Shown in pieces: positions 27,883 to 36,912 of a DNA stretch of 64,000 nucleotides. Source of the DNA: an uncultured bacterium. GTDB taxonomy: Bacteria > Hydrothermota > Tepidihabitantia > Tepidihabitantales > DTDR01. The translations under genes were made by a program, and so were the position numbers. How positions within the stretch are numbered: the stretch's first letter is position 1; the number at the start of each line of letters is the position of its first letter. The stretch lies in assembly GCA_938040315.1 (NCBI GenBank), contig CALHQW010000006.1, positions 1,113 through 65,112 of the forward strand, read 5' to 3'. The notes below the pieces were generated by a model that was given only the letters and a program-made list of their open reading frames with translations, was not told the origin of the DNA and made no database searches.

Positions 27883-29077
27883 AATTGACAAATTTTTTAT
27901 TTTTAAATATAATATAAAAGTGAAAGTAAAATTAGGGAAAAAATTTTTAGTTAGTTATTTTATCTTTATTTTTCTACTTTTGGCGATAATCTTTTTTATT
28001 GTTTCTTCTTTTCTTTTTCGAAAATTAGAAGAAGCGATAACTTTGCGGTCACGAATTTTTGCTAAATATATGTCCAAAACTCAAGAAGAAAATTGGGAAG
28101 GCGGTTCTTACGAATTAGATATAATTTTTGAGGAAGTGATAAAAAAAATTGATTTTCCAGTAATTGTTACTGATGATAAAGGTGAAATCGTTGCTTATCG
28201 GAATGTTGGTAAAAATCCAACAAAGGAAAGATTGAGAAGGAAAATAGAAAGTTTAAAAAAAGAGAGACCACCGATTCCGATTTTGGTTAATCTTAGAGAT
28301 ACTACTAAATTTCTCGGTGAAATTTATTATGGTTTATCTCCCTCAGCAAAATTTGTTCGACTTTATCCTTATTATTTAATTTTAATTTTATTGGTATTTA
28401 TTTTTTTAGGAATTTGGGCAATTTTTGTTTATAAAAAAAGGGAGGAGGAAAAGTTGTGGACTTTTTTAGCTAAAGAAACTGCCCATCAAATGGCGACACC
28501 ACTTTCTTCTCTAATGGGTTGGCTTTTGACATTAAAAGATAAGATTGAAAAAGAATACTATGAAGAGATATCTTTAGATATAAAGAAAATGGAAACTGTT
28601 TTAGAAAGATTTTCGCGAATAGGATTACCGCCCAAATTGGAAAAAATACCGATAAGAAAAATTATTGAAAATGTTTGCCAACATTTCCAAAAAAGAATGC
28701 CCTTAAATATTGAATTAATTTTGAATTTAAAAACTAACCCTCTTTTGCCTTTAGATGAAGTTCTCTTCGGTTGGAGTTTGGAAAATTTGTTAAAAAATAG
28801 TGTTGACGCTATTGGTAATAACCCAGGAAGAATAGAAATAAAAGAAATTCCCAACGGTGCTTATTATGAAATTCAAATAATCGATAGTGGTGAAGGGATA
28901 AATAAAAAAATTAAAAATAAAATTTTTAAGCCAGGCATAACAACCAAAAAATATGGTTGGGGAATAGGATTATCTTTGACGAAAAGGATTATTGAGGAAT
29001 ATCATAAAGGGAAGTTAATATTAAAGGAATCAAAAAAAGGAAAAACTATTTTTTCTATTCTTTTAAGAAAAAAATGA
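27818..29077 (+). CDS. Sensor histidine kinase (PorY-like partner of the adjacent PorX-like regulator). Start ambiguous: ATG 27818 overlaps thyX by 65 nt, with an alternative in-frame GTG at 27920.
   Basis: N-terminal TM segment(s), an H-box ETAHQMATPLSSL, and HATPase_c motifs (NLLKNSVDAI, IIDSGEGI, GWGIGLSL). Confidence 0.8.
   Translation: MAVKINTEKFIILFIINIPNFKIDKFFIFKYNIKVKVKLGKKFLVSYFIFIFLLLAIIFFIVSSFLFRKLEEAITLRSRIFAKYMSKTQEENWEGGSYELDIIFEEVIKKIDFPVIVTDDKGEIVAYRNVGKNPTKERLRRKIESLKKERPPIPILVNLRDTTKFLGEIYYGLSPSAKFVRLYPYYLILILLVFIFLGIWAIFVYKKREEEKLWTFLAKETAHQMATPLSSLMGWLLTLKDKIEKEYYEEISLDIKKMETVLERFSRIGLPPKLEKIPIRKIIENVCQHFQKRMPLNIELILNLKTNPLLPLDEVLFGWSLENLLKNSVDAIGNNPGRIEIKEIPNGAYYEIQIIDSGEGINKKIKNKIFKPGITTKKYGWGIGLSLTKRIIEEYHKGKLILKESKKGKTIFSILLRKK
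27884..27913 (+). promoter_or_regulatory. Sigma70 consensus promoter TTGACA -18- TATAAT inside the thyX 3' end. The -10 ends 6 nt before an in-frame GTG (27920) of the sensor kinase gene.
   Basis: Read from the sequence. Confidence 0.45.
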
Positions 29078-30585
29078 AAATTCTTTGGATTGATGACGAA
29101 ATCGAACTTTTGAAACCCTTTATTTATTTTCTCAAAGAAAAAGGGTATGAAGTAAGAGCGGTGAGTAATGGAGTTGATGGTCTGAATAAAATAAAGGAAG
29201 AAAATTTTGATTTAGTTTTGGTAGATGAGATGATGCCTGGATTAGATGGGTTAGAAGTTGCTCAAAAAATAAAGAATTATGACCCAAGTATTTTTGTTGT
29301 AATGGTGACCAAAGTAAGCGATGAGGCTTTTATTGATGAAGTTTATGCTAATCTAATTGATGACTTTATTTTGAAGCCCTTAAATTCAATGCAAATATTA
29401 GCGGTAATTAAAAGATTATTAGAAAAGAAAGAAATTTTTAAAGAGAGTTTAGTAAGAGAGTATTTAAGAATTCTTTCAAGTACAAAAAATTTTGAAAGAA
29501 TAGAGGAATGGTATGATTTTTATCAACAATTGATAAAATGGAGAGAGTATATTGTTCGTTTTTCCCTTGATGATTTAAGAGAAAGTTATGAAGATATTTT
29601 AAGAGAAGCAAATGAAAATTTTGCTCAATTTATTGAAGAGAATTATATTTATTGGTTGAAAAATAATTCTGGTCCAATTTTCTCTCACCAGTTTTTTGAA
29701 AAGTTTATTAAACCCAATCTAGATAAATTACCTCTTTATTGGATAATTTTTGATTCGTTAAGACTTGACCAAGGAGTTATTATTTATAATATTTTAAAAG
29801 AACATTTCTTAATAAAACAAAATTTTTACTGCTCCATTCTTCCTTCAGCAACTCCTTATTCTCGTAATGCTTTATTGAGTGGTTTAACACCCGAAAAAAT
29901 TTTTAAATATTACCCTAACTATTGGGTTTTTGAAAATACTGGACAAAATCGATATGAAGAAGAACTTTTCCAAAAACTTTTGATGAGAGAAAAAATTTCA
30001 TTGAAGTATATTTATTTAAAGGTTTTGAAAATAGAAGATTTGATAGAAAAGTTAGATTATCTTTTAAATTCCGATGCTGGGATAATTGTAATTATTGTCA
30101 ATTTTTTAGATTTTCTTATTCATTCTGCTAAAGAGGGTGTGTTTATCAAAGAAATTGCGGAGAACGAAGATTCTTTATTGGAATTTACGAAAATCTGGTT
30201 TAATTCTTCTTGGATATTTCAATTTTTGAAAAAACTAAAACAAAAGAAAAGGAAAATTATTATCACCTCTGATCATGGATTTATTAAAGTTAAAAAACCA
30301 ACAGTTATCCATGGTGGAAAAGAGATTTCTCTTAATCTTCGGTATAAATCAGGCGGTGGATTAAGGGTTGATAAGAAAGCGGCTTGGCTTTTGGCTCCAA
30401 AAGATTTAGAACTGCCACAAGAATTTTTAGGCGAAGAGTATGCAATTTGTAAAAGTGATTATTATTTTATTTATCCAACAAAACCAAGAGAATATGAAAA
30501 AACTTATAAATTTACTTATCAGCATGGCGGAATTTCTATGCAAGAAATGATTTTGCCTGTGGGAATATTATCTCCTCTTGATTAA
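29074..30585 (+). CDS. Response regulator with CheY-like receiver plus C-terminal PglZ/alkaline-phosphatase-superfamily domain (PorX-like)
   Basis: REC domain (phospho-acceptor LVLVDEMMPGLDG). PglZ-like motifs WIIFDSLRLD, TPYSRNALLSG, ITSDHGF. This domain architecture is that of the Porphyromonas gingivalis T9SS regulator PorX. ATGA overlap with the kinase gene. Confidence 0.7.
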   Translation: MKILWIDDEIELLKPFIYFLKEKGYEVRAVSNGVDGLNKIKEENFDLVLVDEMMPGLDGLEVAQKIKNYDPSIFVVMVTKVSDEAFIDEVYANLIDDFILKPLNSMQILAVIKRLLEKKEIFKESLVREYLRILSSTKNFERIEEWYDFYQQLIKWREYIVRFSLDDLRESYEDILREANENFAQFIEENYIYWLKNNSGPIFSHQFFEKFIKPNLDKLPLYWIIFDSLRLDQGVIIYNILKEHFLIKQNFYCSILPSATPYSRNALLSGLTPEKIFKYYPNYWVFENTGQNRYEEELFQKLLMREKISLKYIYLKVLKIEDLIEKLDYLLNSDAGIIVIIVNFLDFLIHSAKEGVFIKEIAENEDSLLEFTKIWFNSSWIFQFLKKLKQKKRKIIITSDHGFIKVKKPTVIHGGKEISLNLRYKSGGGLRVDKKAAWLLAPKDLELPQEFLGEEYAICKSDYYFIYPTKPREYEKTYKFTYQHGGISMQEMILPVGILSPLD

Positions 30586-30613
30586 TTTTAAAATTTATTT
30601 ATAATAATAATCA

Positions 30614-31120
30614 ATGTCAGAATTCACATTTTTAGAGATTTTAAAAAAAGAACATTTTTTGATTGAAAGGGCTTTAAGAGTAATGAATATATTTATAATC
30701 CGAGAACAATTTTTGGAAAAAGAATTTACTTTGCTTTATCGTTTAATTAAAAATTTTGTTGAAGAAAACCATTGTGCAAAAGAAGAAAGAGTTTTATTTC
30801 CACTAATAAGGGAATATGAGATAGATGCACAATTAGTTATGGCCAATGAAAAAGAAAAGAGAAAGGAGATTATTGAAAATTTAGCAACTGGATTAAGAGA
30901 GCTTGATAAGGAAAAATTTTTTATGGGCTTGCAAAATTTTATAGAAATTTTTGCTCGCCATATTTTTAAAGAGGAAGGCCTTATTTTTCCTGCATGTGAG
31001 GCCCTTTTGTCCTCTGATATAAATGAAAAAATTATTGAAGATTTTAAAGAATATGAAAAAAATGAAGAAAATTATGAGTACTTTCTAAAAATTGTAGAAG
31101 ATTTAGAAAAACTCATATAA
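30614..31120 (+). CDS. Hemerythrin-like (HHE cation-binding) domain protein
   Basis: Repeated H..(K)EE..LFP motifs (HCAKEERVLFPLI, HIFKEEGLIFPAC). Its stop lies 3 nt before the uvrA start. Confidence 0.65.
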   Translation: MSEFTFLEILKKEHFLIERALRVMNIFIIREQFLEKEFTLLYRLIKNFVEENHCAKEERVLFPLIREYEIDAQLVMANEKEKRKEIIENLATGLRELDKEKFFMGLQNFIEIFARHIFKEEGLIFPACEALLSSDINEKIIEDFKEYEKNEENYEYFLKIVEDLEKLI

Positions 31121-31123
31121 TAA

Positions 31124-33961
31124 ATGACTCAAAACAATTATATTTTTATTAAAGGAGCAAGAGAACATAATTTAAAAAATCTTACTTTAAAAATTCCTCG
31201 AAATAAAATGGTAGTTATCACTGGAATTTCTGGTTCAGGAAAGTCTTCTTTGGCTTTTGATACTATTTATGCCGAAGGGCAAAGAAGATATATTGAATCT
31301 CTTTCTTCTTATGCTCGACAGTTTTTGGGAGTATTAGAAAAACCGGATGTTGATCAGATTGAAGGTCTTTCGCCAGCGATTGCTATTGAACAACGAACCG
31401 CAGCCAAAAATCCTCGTTCCACTGTTGGCACCGTTACCGAAATTTATGATTATTTAAGAGTTCTTTTTGCTCGAATTGGTACTCCCTTCTGTCCTTACTG
31501 TAATAAAGAAATTGCTCACCAAACCTTAGACCAAATAATTGATCAAATAACTCTTTATCCTCCAAATACAAAGTTAATAATATTAGCACCAGTAATAAGG
31601 GGAAGAAAGGGAGAATATCAGAACCTTTTAGAAAAAATTAAGAAAAAGGGATTTTTGAGAGTAAGGGTAGATGGGAAAATTTCTGAAATTTCTGAAGTTA
31701 AAAATTTAGAAAGATATAAAAAACATAACATTGAAATCCTTATTGACCGTTTAATTTTAACTAAAGAAAATCAGAAAAGATTAGTTGAATCAGTAGAATT
31801 AGCATTAAAAGAGGGACAAGGGTTATGTGTAGTAATTTTTGATGAAAAAGAGGAAAAAATTTTTTCTGAAAAATTTGCCTGTGTAGACTGTGGTTTTTCC
31901 TATGAAGAAATTTCCCCCAGACTATTTTCTTTTAATTCTCCTTACGGAGCTTGTCCGAGTTGTCATGGATTAGGAACAAAAATGGAAATTGATCCAGAAA
32001 GATTGATTGTTGACCCTAATCTCTCAATTAATGAAGGAGTAATTGAAGTATGGGGTGAACCAAAAGGTAGGTGGTTTACTTCTCTTTTGAAGGCATTAGC
32101 AAAAAATTATAATTTCTCTTTAAACACTCCTTGGAAAAAATTACCGAAGGAAGTAAAAAAAATAATTCTTTATGGTACTAATGAAGAAATTCTTGTGGAA
32201 CATGAAAGATGGGACGGAACTCGTTATCATTTTTATGAAGAATTTGAAGGTGTGATTCCCCATTTAATGCGGATTTATCAAACAACCGAATCAGAAAGTA
32301 CTCGAGAATGGATCGAGCGGTATATGTCAATTTTACCTTGCCCAGAATGTTTGGGAGCTCGGCTTAAAAAAGAAGCCTTATCAATTAAAATTGCTGGTTA
32401 TTCTATTTATGATGTTTGTAAGTTATCTATTAAAGAATGTTATCTTTTCTTTGATAATCTGAAAATGAAGGAACAAGAAAGAAAAATTGCTGGTGAGTTG
32501 ATTAATGAAATTAAAAAACGGTTAAATTTTTTAATTGAAGTTGGTGTTGATTATTTAACTTTGGAAAGAAGAACAGATACTTTAGGTGGCGGTGAAGAAC
32601 AAAGGGTAAGATTAGCCACACAAATTGGTTCAGGTTTGGTCGGTGTTACTTATATTTTAGATGAGCCAAGTATTGGTTTACATATGAGGGATAATCATAA
32701 ATTGATTCAAACATTATTAAAGTTGAGAGATTTAGGAAATACAGTAATTGTGATTGAGCACGATCGCGACACAATTTTAAGTAGTGATTATGTGATTGAT
32801 TTAGGACCGGGTGCTGGTGAAAGAGGTGGTTATGTAGTTGCGATGGGTACACCTTCCGAAATAATGAGAAATCCGAATTCTTTAACCGGAGCTTATTTAA
32901 TAGGTAAAAAAGAAATTCCTTTACCAAAAAAGAGAAGAATCCATCAGGGAAAATTTTTGGTGGTAAAAGGTTGTAGTGAAAATAATTTAAAAAATGTTGA
33001 TATTTCCATACCTTTAGGACTATTTGTCTGTCTTACCGGAGTGTCTGGTTCAGGTAAAAGTACCTTCATGAATGATATTCTTTATAAAGCGTTGGCAGAA
33101 AAGTTTTATGGTTCGAAAGAGAAACCAGGAAAATTTAGAGAGATTATTGGTTGGGAAGAGATTGATAAAGTAATTAATATTGATCAATCACCAATTGGTC
33201 GAACTCCTCGTTCTAATCCGGCAACATATACTAATGTTTTTACACCGATAAGAGAACTTTTTGCTCAGACAAAAGAAGCCAAAATTCGGGGTTATCCTCC
33301 TGGGAGATTTTCTTTTAATGTTCGAGGGGGACGATGTGAAGATTGTGGTGGCGATGGAATAAAAAAAATTGAAATGCATTTTTTGCCAGATGTTTATGTG
33401 ACTTGTGAAGTTTGTAAGGGAAAGAGATATAATCGGGAAACTTTAGAAATAAAATATAAAGGGAAAAATATTTATGAAGTTTTAGAGATGACTGTTAATG
33501 AAGCATTAGAGTTTTTTTATAATATACCACCAATCCGAAGAAAATTGGAGATGTTAAGAGATGTTGGATTGGGTTATATAAAATTAGGACAACCGGCAAC
33601 AACTTTATCGGGTGGCGAAGCGCAAAGAGTAAAATTGGCAAGGGAATTATCCAAAATTGGTACGGGAAGAACTTTGTATCTTTTAGATGAGCCAACTACT
33701 GGTTTGCATTTTGAGGATATTCGGCTCCTTTTGATTGTCCTTAATCGCTTAGTAGATAAAGGAAATACGGTGGTTGTCATTGAACATAACTTAGAAGTGA
33801 TAAAGTGTGCTGACTGGATAATTGATTTAGGACCAGAAGGAGGTGAAAAAGGTGGATATGTTGTTGCTTGTGGTCCTCCCGAAGAGATTGCCAGATGCGA
33901 AAAATCTTATACTGGAAAATTTCTGAGAGAAGTATTAAGAAGGCACGGAGTCAAAATTTAG
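31124..33961 (+). CDS. uvrA: Excinuclease ABC subunit A
   Basis: Two ABC ATPase modules ([32 protein letters not shown] twice) and zinc-finger Cys clusters. 945 aa. Confidence 0.95.
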   Translation: MTQNNYIFIKGAREHNLKNLTLKIPRNKMVVITGISGSGKSSLAFDTIYAEGQRRYIESLSSYARQFLGVLEKPDVDQIEGLSPAIAIEQRTAAKNPRSTVGTVTEIYDYLRVLFARIGTPFCPYCNKEIAHQTLDQIIDQITLYPPNTKLIILAPVIRGRKGEYQNLLEKIKKKGFLRVRVDGKISEISEVKNLERYKKHNIEILIDRLILTKENQKRLVESVELALKEGQGLCVVIFDEKEEKIFSEKFACVDCGFSYEEISPRLFSFNSPYGACPSCHGLGTKMEIDPERLIVDPNLSINEGVIEVWGEPKGRWFTSLLKALAKNYNFSLNTPWKKLPKEVKKIILYGTNEEILVEHERWDGTRYHFYEEFEGVIPHLMRIYQTTESESTREWIERYMSILPCPECLGARLKKEALSIKIAGYSIYDVCKLSIKECYLFFDNLKMKEQERKIAGELINEIKKRLNFLIEVGVDYLTLERRTDTLGGGEEQRVRLATQIGSGLVGVTYILDEPSIGLHMRDNHKLIQTLLKLRDLGNTVIVIEHDRDTILSSDYVIDLGPGAGERGGYVVAMGTPSEIMRNPNSLTGAYLIGKKEIPLPKKRRIHQGKFLVVKGCSENNLKNVDISIPLGLFVCLTGVSGSGKSTFMNDILYKALAEKFYGSKEKPGKFREIIGWEEIDKVINIDQSPIGRTPRSNPATYTNVFTPIRELFAQTKEAKIRGYPPGRFSFNVRGGRCEDCGGDGIKKIEMHFLPDVYVTCEVCKGKRYNRETLEIKYKGKNIYEVLEMTVNEALEFFYNIPPIRRKLEMLRDVGLGYIKLGQPATTLSGGEAQRVKLARELSKIGTGRTLYLLDEPTTGLHFEDIRLLLIVLNRLVDKGNTVVVIEHNLEVIKCADWIIDLGPEGGEKGGYVVACGPPEEIARCEKSYTGKFLREVLRRHGVKI

Positions 33962-34738
33962 ATATTTTTCACAAATCCTCTCAATTTTTTCTGCTTTATA
34001 AGTAGATAAATTGATTTCTATCAAAACTCCTTCTATTTTAAAATCTGAATCTGCCGGATTAAGACGGTAATTAATTCCGTAGAGAAGTCTTTTTAAAGAG
34101 TCCTCAATTTTCATTCCTAAAACAGAATTTATTGCTCCGCACATTCCCACGTCAGTAATATAGGCAGTTCCTTTTGAGAGAATTTCTTCGTCAGCCGTTG
34201 GAATATGGGTATGGGTTCCTAAGACAGCACTTACTCGGCCATCCAAAAAATATCCCATTGCTTTTTTTTCAGCAGTCGCTTCTGCGTGGAAATCAATAAT
34301 TATAATTCCTTTTTCATTCATTTTTGTTAATTCCTCGTCAATTCTTCGGAAAGGACAGTCTACCGGTTTCATAAATACTCTACCAATAAGATTTATTACT
34401 ATTACTGGTTTTTCTGATTTTTTAGTTAGATAAACACCCTTTCCAGGGGTACCAAAAGGATAATTTAGTGGTCGGATTATATTTTTTTCTTTTTCTAAAT
34501 AAGGGATAATTTCTTTTCGGTCAAAACTATGGTCGCCAAGAGTGATACAGTCAATTCCTAAGGAAAAAAGTTCTTCAGCAATCTTTGGAGTTATTCCAAA
34601 TCCTCCGGCGGAATTTTCACCATTGGCGATAATAAAATCAGGTTGGTATTTATTTTTTAAAATTTTTATTCCTTTGGCGAGCGCTTTTCTTCCTGCTTCG
34701 CCACAAATATCGCCCAAAAAAAGAATTTTATAACCCAT
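33935..34738 (-). CDS. ymdB: YmdB-family metallophosphoesterase (2',3'-cyclic-nucleotide phosphodiesterase, TIGR00282-like)
   Basis: [28 protein letters not shown] and GDHSFD motifs. Overlaps the rny 3' end by 11 nt, as in the Bacillus rny-ymdB pair. Confidence 0.8.
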   Translation of the reverse strand: MGYKILFLGDICGEAGRKALAKGIKILKNKYQPDFIIANGENSAGGFGITPKIAEELFSLGIDCITLGDHSFDRKEIIPYLEKEKNIIRPLNYPFGTPGKGVYLTKKSEKPVIVINLIGRVFMKPVDCPFRRIDEELTKMNEKGIIIIDFHAEATAEKKAMGYFLDGRVSAVLGTHTHIPTADEEILSKGTAYITDVGMCGAINSVLGMKIEDSLKRLLYGINYRLNPADSDFKIEGVLIEINLSTYKAEKIERICEKYLNFDSVPS

Positions 34739-36254
34739 AGATTAAGTTAATTTTGATTTCTCCTAAGAAAGGTAATTCATTTCTTATCCTTTGTTGAAGA
34801 GTTCTTATTAATAAACTTCCCTCTTTTTCATTAATTTTATCTGTATTTAGTAAAATCCGAATTTCTCTTCCTAATTGGAAAGCATAAGCTTTTTTTACTG
34901 AATGCGTTTCTTCACAAAGTTCTTCAATCTTGGTTAACCTTTTGAAAATTTCGTCAAATTTAATTGTTTTACCAGCTCCGTATAAATGAGAAAGGTAATT
35001 AGCCATTGAAATTAAATAACTTTCTGGATAAGAAAAATCAGATGATTGATGGTGATTAGCAATTGCTTGAATTACAATTTCATTTTCGCCAAACCTTTTG
35101 ACAAAATTAGCACCGATTAATTGATGGGGTAAATTTTCTTGGTTAGGAAGAATTTTTCCAATATCATGCAGAAGACCCGCACGTAAAACGTTTATTGGAG
35201 AAAAGCCGAGATTAAGGGCTAAATTTTTACCAATAAGGGCTACTTCTTTAGAATGGGCAAGAAGATTTTGACCATAAGTAACATAAAAATTCATCTCGCC
35301 AATAACTTTTATCAACTCTTTAGGAAAATTTTCAATTCCCAATTCATTACAAGCACTTAAACCAATTTGAAAAGTCTTTTCATCAAACTCCATTAATATT
35401 TTTTGGAAGGTTTTTTCAATAATTTCAGTGGTAATTTCTTCGTTATTCATAATTTCATTAATTAATAATTTAGCGAGCATCCTTCTTTTAGGATGAAAAG
35501 AAAAAATAAAAATCTTCTTTGGAGTATCGTCAATAATAATTTCTGTACCGGTAAGATTTTCAATCAAAAGCACATTTCGCCCTTTCCGACCAATTAATTT
35601 TCCTTTAAACTCTTCATTAGGAATTTCTATCCAGCAAGCCGTATGCTCTTTGGCTGAAGGCAAACCAATTTTTTGGCAGGCTTCTAATATAATTTTTTGA
35701 GCAATAACCTTGACCTCTTCATGGACTTTTTCTTTTATTTTCTTTAATTCTTCAAAATGCTCATCCCAAACTTCTTTTTCAAAAGTTTTTTTTAATTCTT
35801 CTTTTATTTCTTTAATACTTAGGTTAGAGATCTTTAATAATCGGTTTTGATATTCATTTATTAATTTATCAAGATGTTCAATTTTTATTTTATAAACCTT
35901 TTCGGTAGTGAGAAGTTCATTTTCTTTTTTCTGAATACGATTTAACTGAGAAGAATATTCTTTTTCCTTTTTGTGATAAAAACTAATAAGTTCTTCTAAT
36001 TCTTGCTTTTTTTGTGTTAATTCCTTTAATTTTTCTTCATAGATTTTTAAAAATTTTGTTTTTTCTGTTTCTAATTCTTTTTTAATTTCTTCAATTAATT
36101 TTTCTTCTCTTTTTTTATTTTCCTCTTGGAGGTTCTTTTTATACTCATCGAGTTTTTGTTTTTCTTTTTCATATTTTTTCTGCCAAAAATTTTTGGTTAA
36201 TAAATAAGTAAATAAAAAACATAAAAATAATAAAAATAAAAATAAATACTCCAT
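34728..36254 (-). CDS. rny: Ribonuclease Y
   Basis: N-terminal TM segment, long coiled coil, KH domain (GKLIGRKGRNV), and HD domain (LLHDIGK). 508 aa. Confidence 0.85.
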   Translation of the reverse strand: MEYLFLFLLFLCFLFTYLLTKNFWQKKYEKEKQKLDEYKKNLQEENKKREEKLIEEIKKELETEKTKFLKIYEEKLKELTQKKQELEELISFYHKKEKEYSSQLNRIQKKENELLTTEKVYKIKIEHLDKLINEYQNRLLKISNLSIKEIKEELKKTFEKEVWDEHFEELKKIKEKVHEEVKVIAQKIILEACQKIGLPSAKEHTACWIEIPNEEFKGKLIGRKGRNVLLIENLTGTEIIIDDTPKKIFIFSFHPKRRMLAKLLINEIMNNEEITTEIIEKTFQKILMEFDEKTFQIGLSACNELGIENFPKELIKVIGEMNFYVTYGQNLLAHSKEVALIGKNLALNLGFSPINVLRAGLLHDIGKILPNQENLPHQLIGANFVKRFGENEIVIQAIANHHQSSDFSYPESYLISMANYLSHLYGAGKTIKFDEIFKRLTKIEELCEETHSVKKAYAFQLGREIRILLNTDKINEKEGSLLIRTLQQRIRNELPFLGEIKINLIYGL

Positions 36255-36277
36255 CTTTTCCCCTTTTTAAAACTTAA

Positions 36278-36454
36278 GGCTCTCCGTAGCATCGTGTTGG
36301 CGATGGTCTCTGAACCCTAAAAATAAAAATTGGCGTCCTAAGGTGGGTTCTATCTTTGGAGGAGAACCTCCTGATAGTAAGCACCATCGGACATCCATTA
36401 TTTAGGTGTTGGCTCAAGACCATATTTTGCCAATCACGAATACTACCGAGAGCC
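36278..36454 (-). ncRNA. ssrS: Candidate 6S RNA (SsrS-like): about 177-nt rod-like RNA with a long closing stem, central bubble and terminal hairpin. Strand is tentative.
   Basis: A GC-rich island (about 47% GC against about 30% background) in an intergenic position. The ends pair as GGCUCUCGGUAG.../...CUACGGAGAGCC, extended by CGUGAUUGGC/GCCAACACG and AUGGUCU/AGACCAU. On the minus strand one position is a G-U pair where the plus strand would have A-C. The internal hairpin is CUAUCAGGAGGUUCUCCUCCAAAGAUAG. It lies directly downstream of zapA, as E. coli ssrS does. The 67-aa ORF 36274-36477 called here is most likely spurious. Confidence 0.45.
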
Positions 36455-36718
36455 TTTATTATTTGCCAATTTTTCAATGAGCAAATCTAATCTTTCTTTT
36501 AAAACTTTTTCTTTTTTTTCATAGGTGTCAAGTAATTCTTCAATCAGATTAAGGGAACCAAAAAAAATTATTTCGCTAAAATCTAAATAAGGAAACTTTT
36601 CTTTTATTTCTTTAACTTTGACTTCTAAAAGATTAAATAAATTTTTTAAATATTCTTCACTCTTATCACTTTTGATTTCATACACCTGATCTAAAAATTG
36701 AAGACGATAGATATTCAT
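36443..36718 (-). CDS. zapA: Cell division protein ZapA
   Basis: MNIYRLQFLDQVYEIKSDKSEEYLKNL...KFPYLDFSEI aligns with B. subtilis ZapA (IYGQQFTIVGDESKSHMRYVA...NPYLDINKLAV). Confidence 0.75.
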   Translation of the reverse strand: MNIYRLQFLDQVYEIKSDKSEEYLKNLFNLLEVKVKEIKEKFPYLDFSEIIFFGSLNLIEELLDTYEKKEKVLKERLDLLIEKLANNKGSR

Positions 36719-36912
36719 ATTTTAAGTTTACTAAAACTCTTTAATTTTTCAATAATAAATTTTAATTTTTTTAAACTTTTATCGATTTTCTCTTGATAAT
36801 TTGCTAACGCTTTTTTTAGATTTTTATTTTCTTCTTCTAAACTTTCTTTTTCTTTTAAAATTTTTTCCACCAATTCTTCTAAGGTTTTTAATTTTTTTTC
36901 AATTTCGTTCAT
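36715..36912 (-). CDS. Small coiled-coil protein (possible ZapB-like cell-division factor)
   Basis: 65 aa, all heptad-repeat coiled coil (LKTLEELVEKILKEKESLEEENKNLKKAL). Translationally coupled between pheT and zapA. Confidence 0.35.
   Translation of the reverse strand: MNEIEKKLKTLEELVEKILKEKESLEEENKNLKKALANYQEKIDKSLKKLKFIIEKLKSFSKLKI

Noticed and set aside
27818-27919. N-terminal 34 codons of the sensor-kinase ORF as certainly coding
   Set aside because: They overlap thyX by 65 nt, and a consensus promoter (27884-27913) lies inside them with an in-frame GTG at 27920. The start was therefore left ambiguous, not asserted.
36278-36454. SRP RNA, RNase P RNA or tmRNA as identities for the structured element
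   Set aside because: It lacks the SRP domain-IV GGAAG...AGCAGC motif and the RNase P P4/AAGUCCGG motifs, it has no tRNA-like 3' end, and it is too short for RNase P or tmRNA.
36274-36477. 67-aa ORF from the six-frame track
   Set aside because: It lies entirely within the GC-rich structured element interpreted as an ncRNA (candidate 6S RNA). It has no RBS, its composition is odd, and it overlaps zapA.
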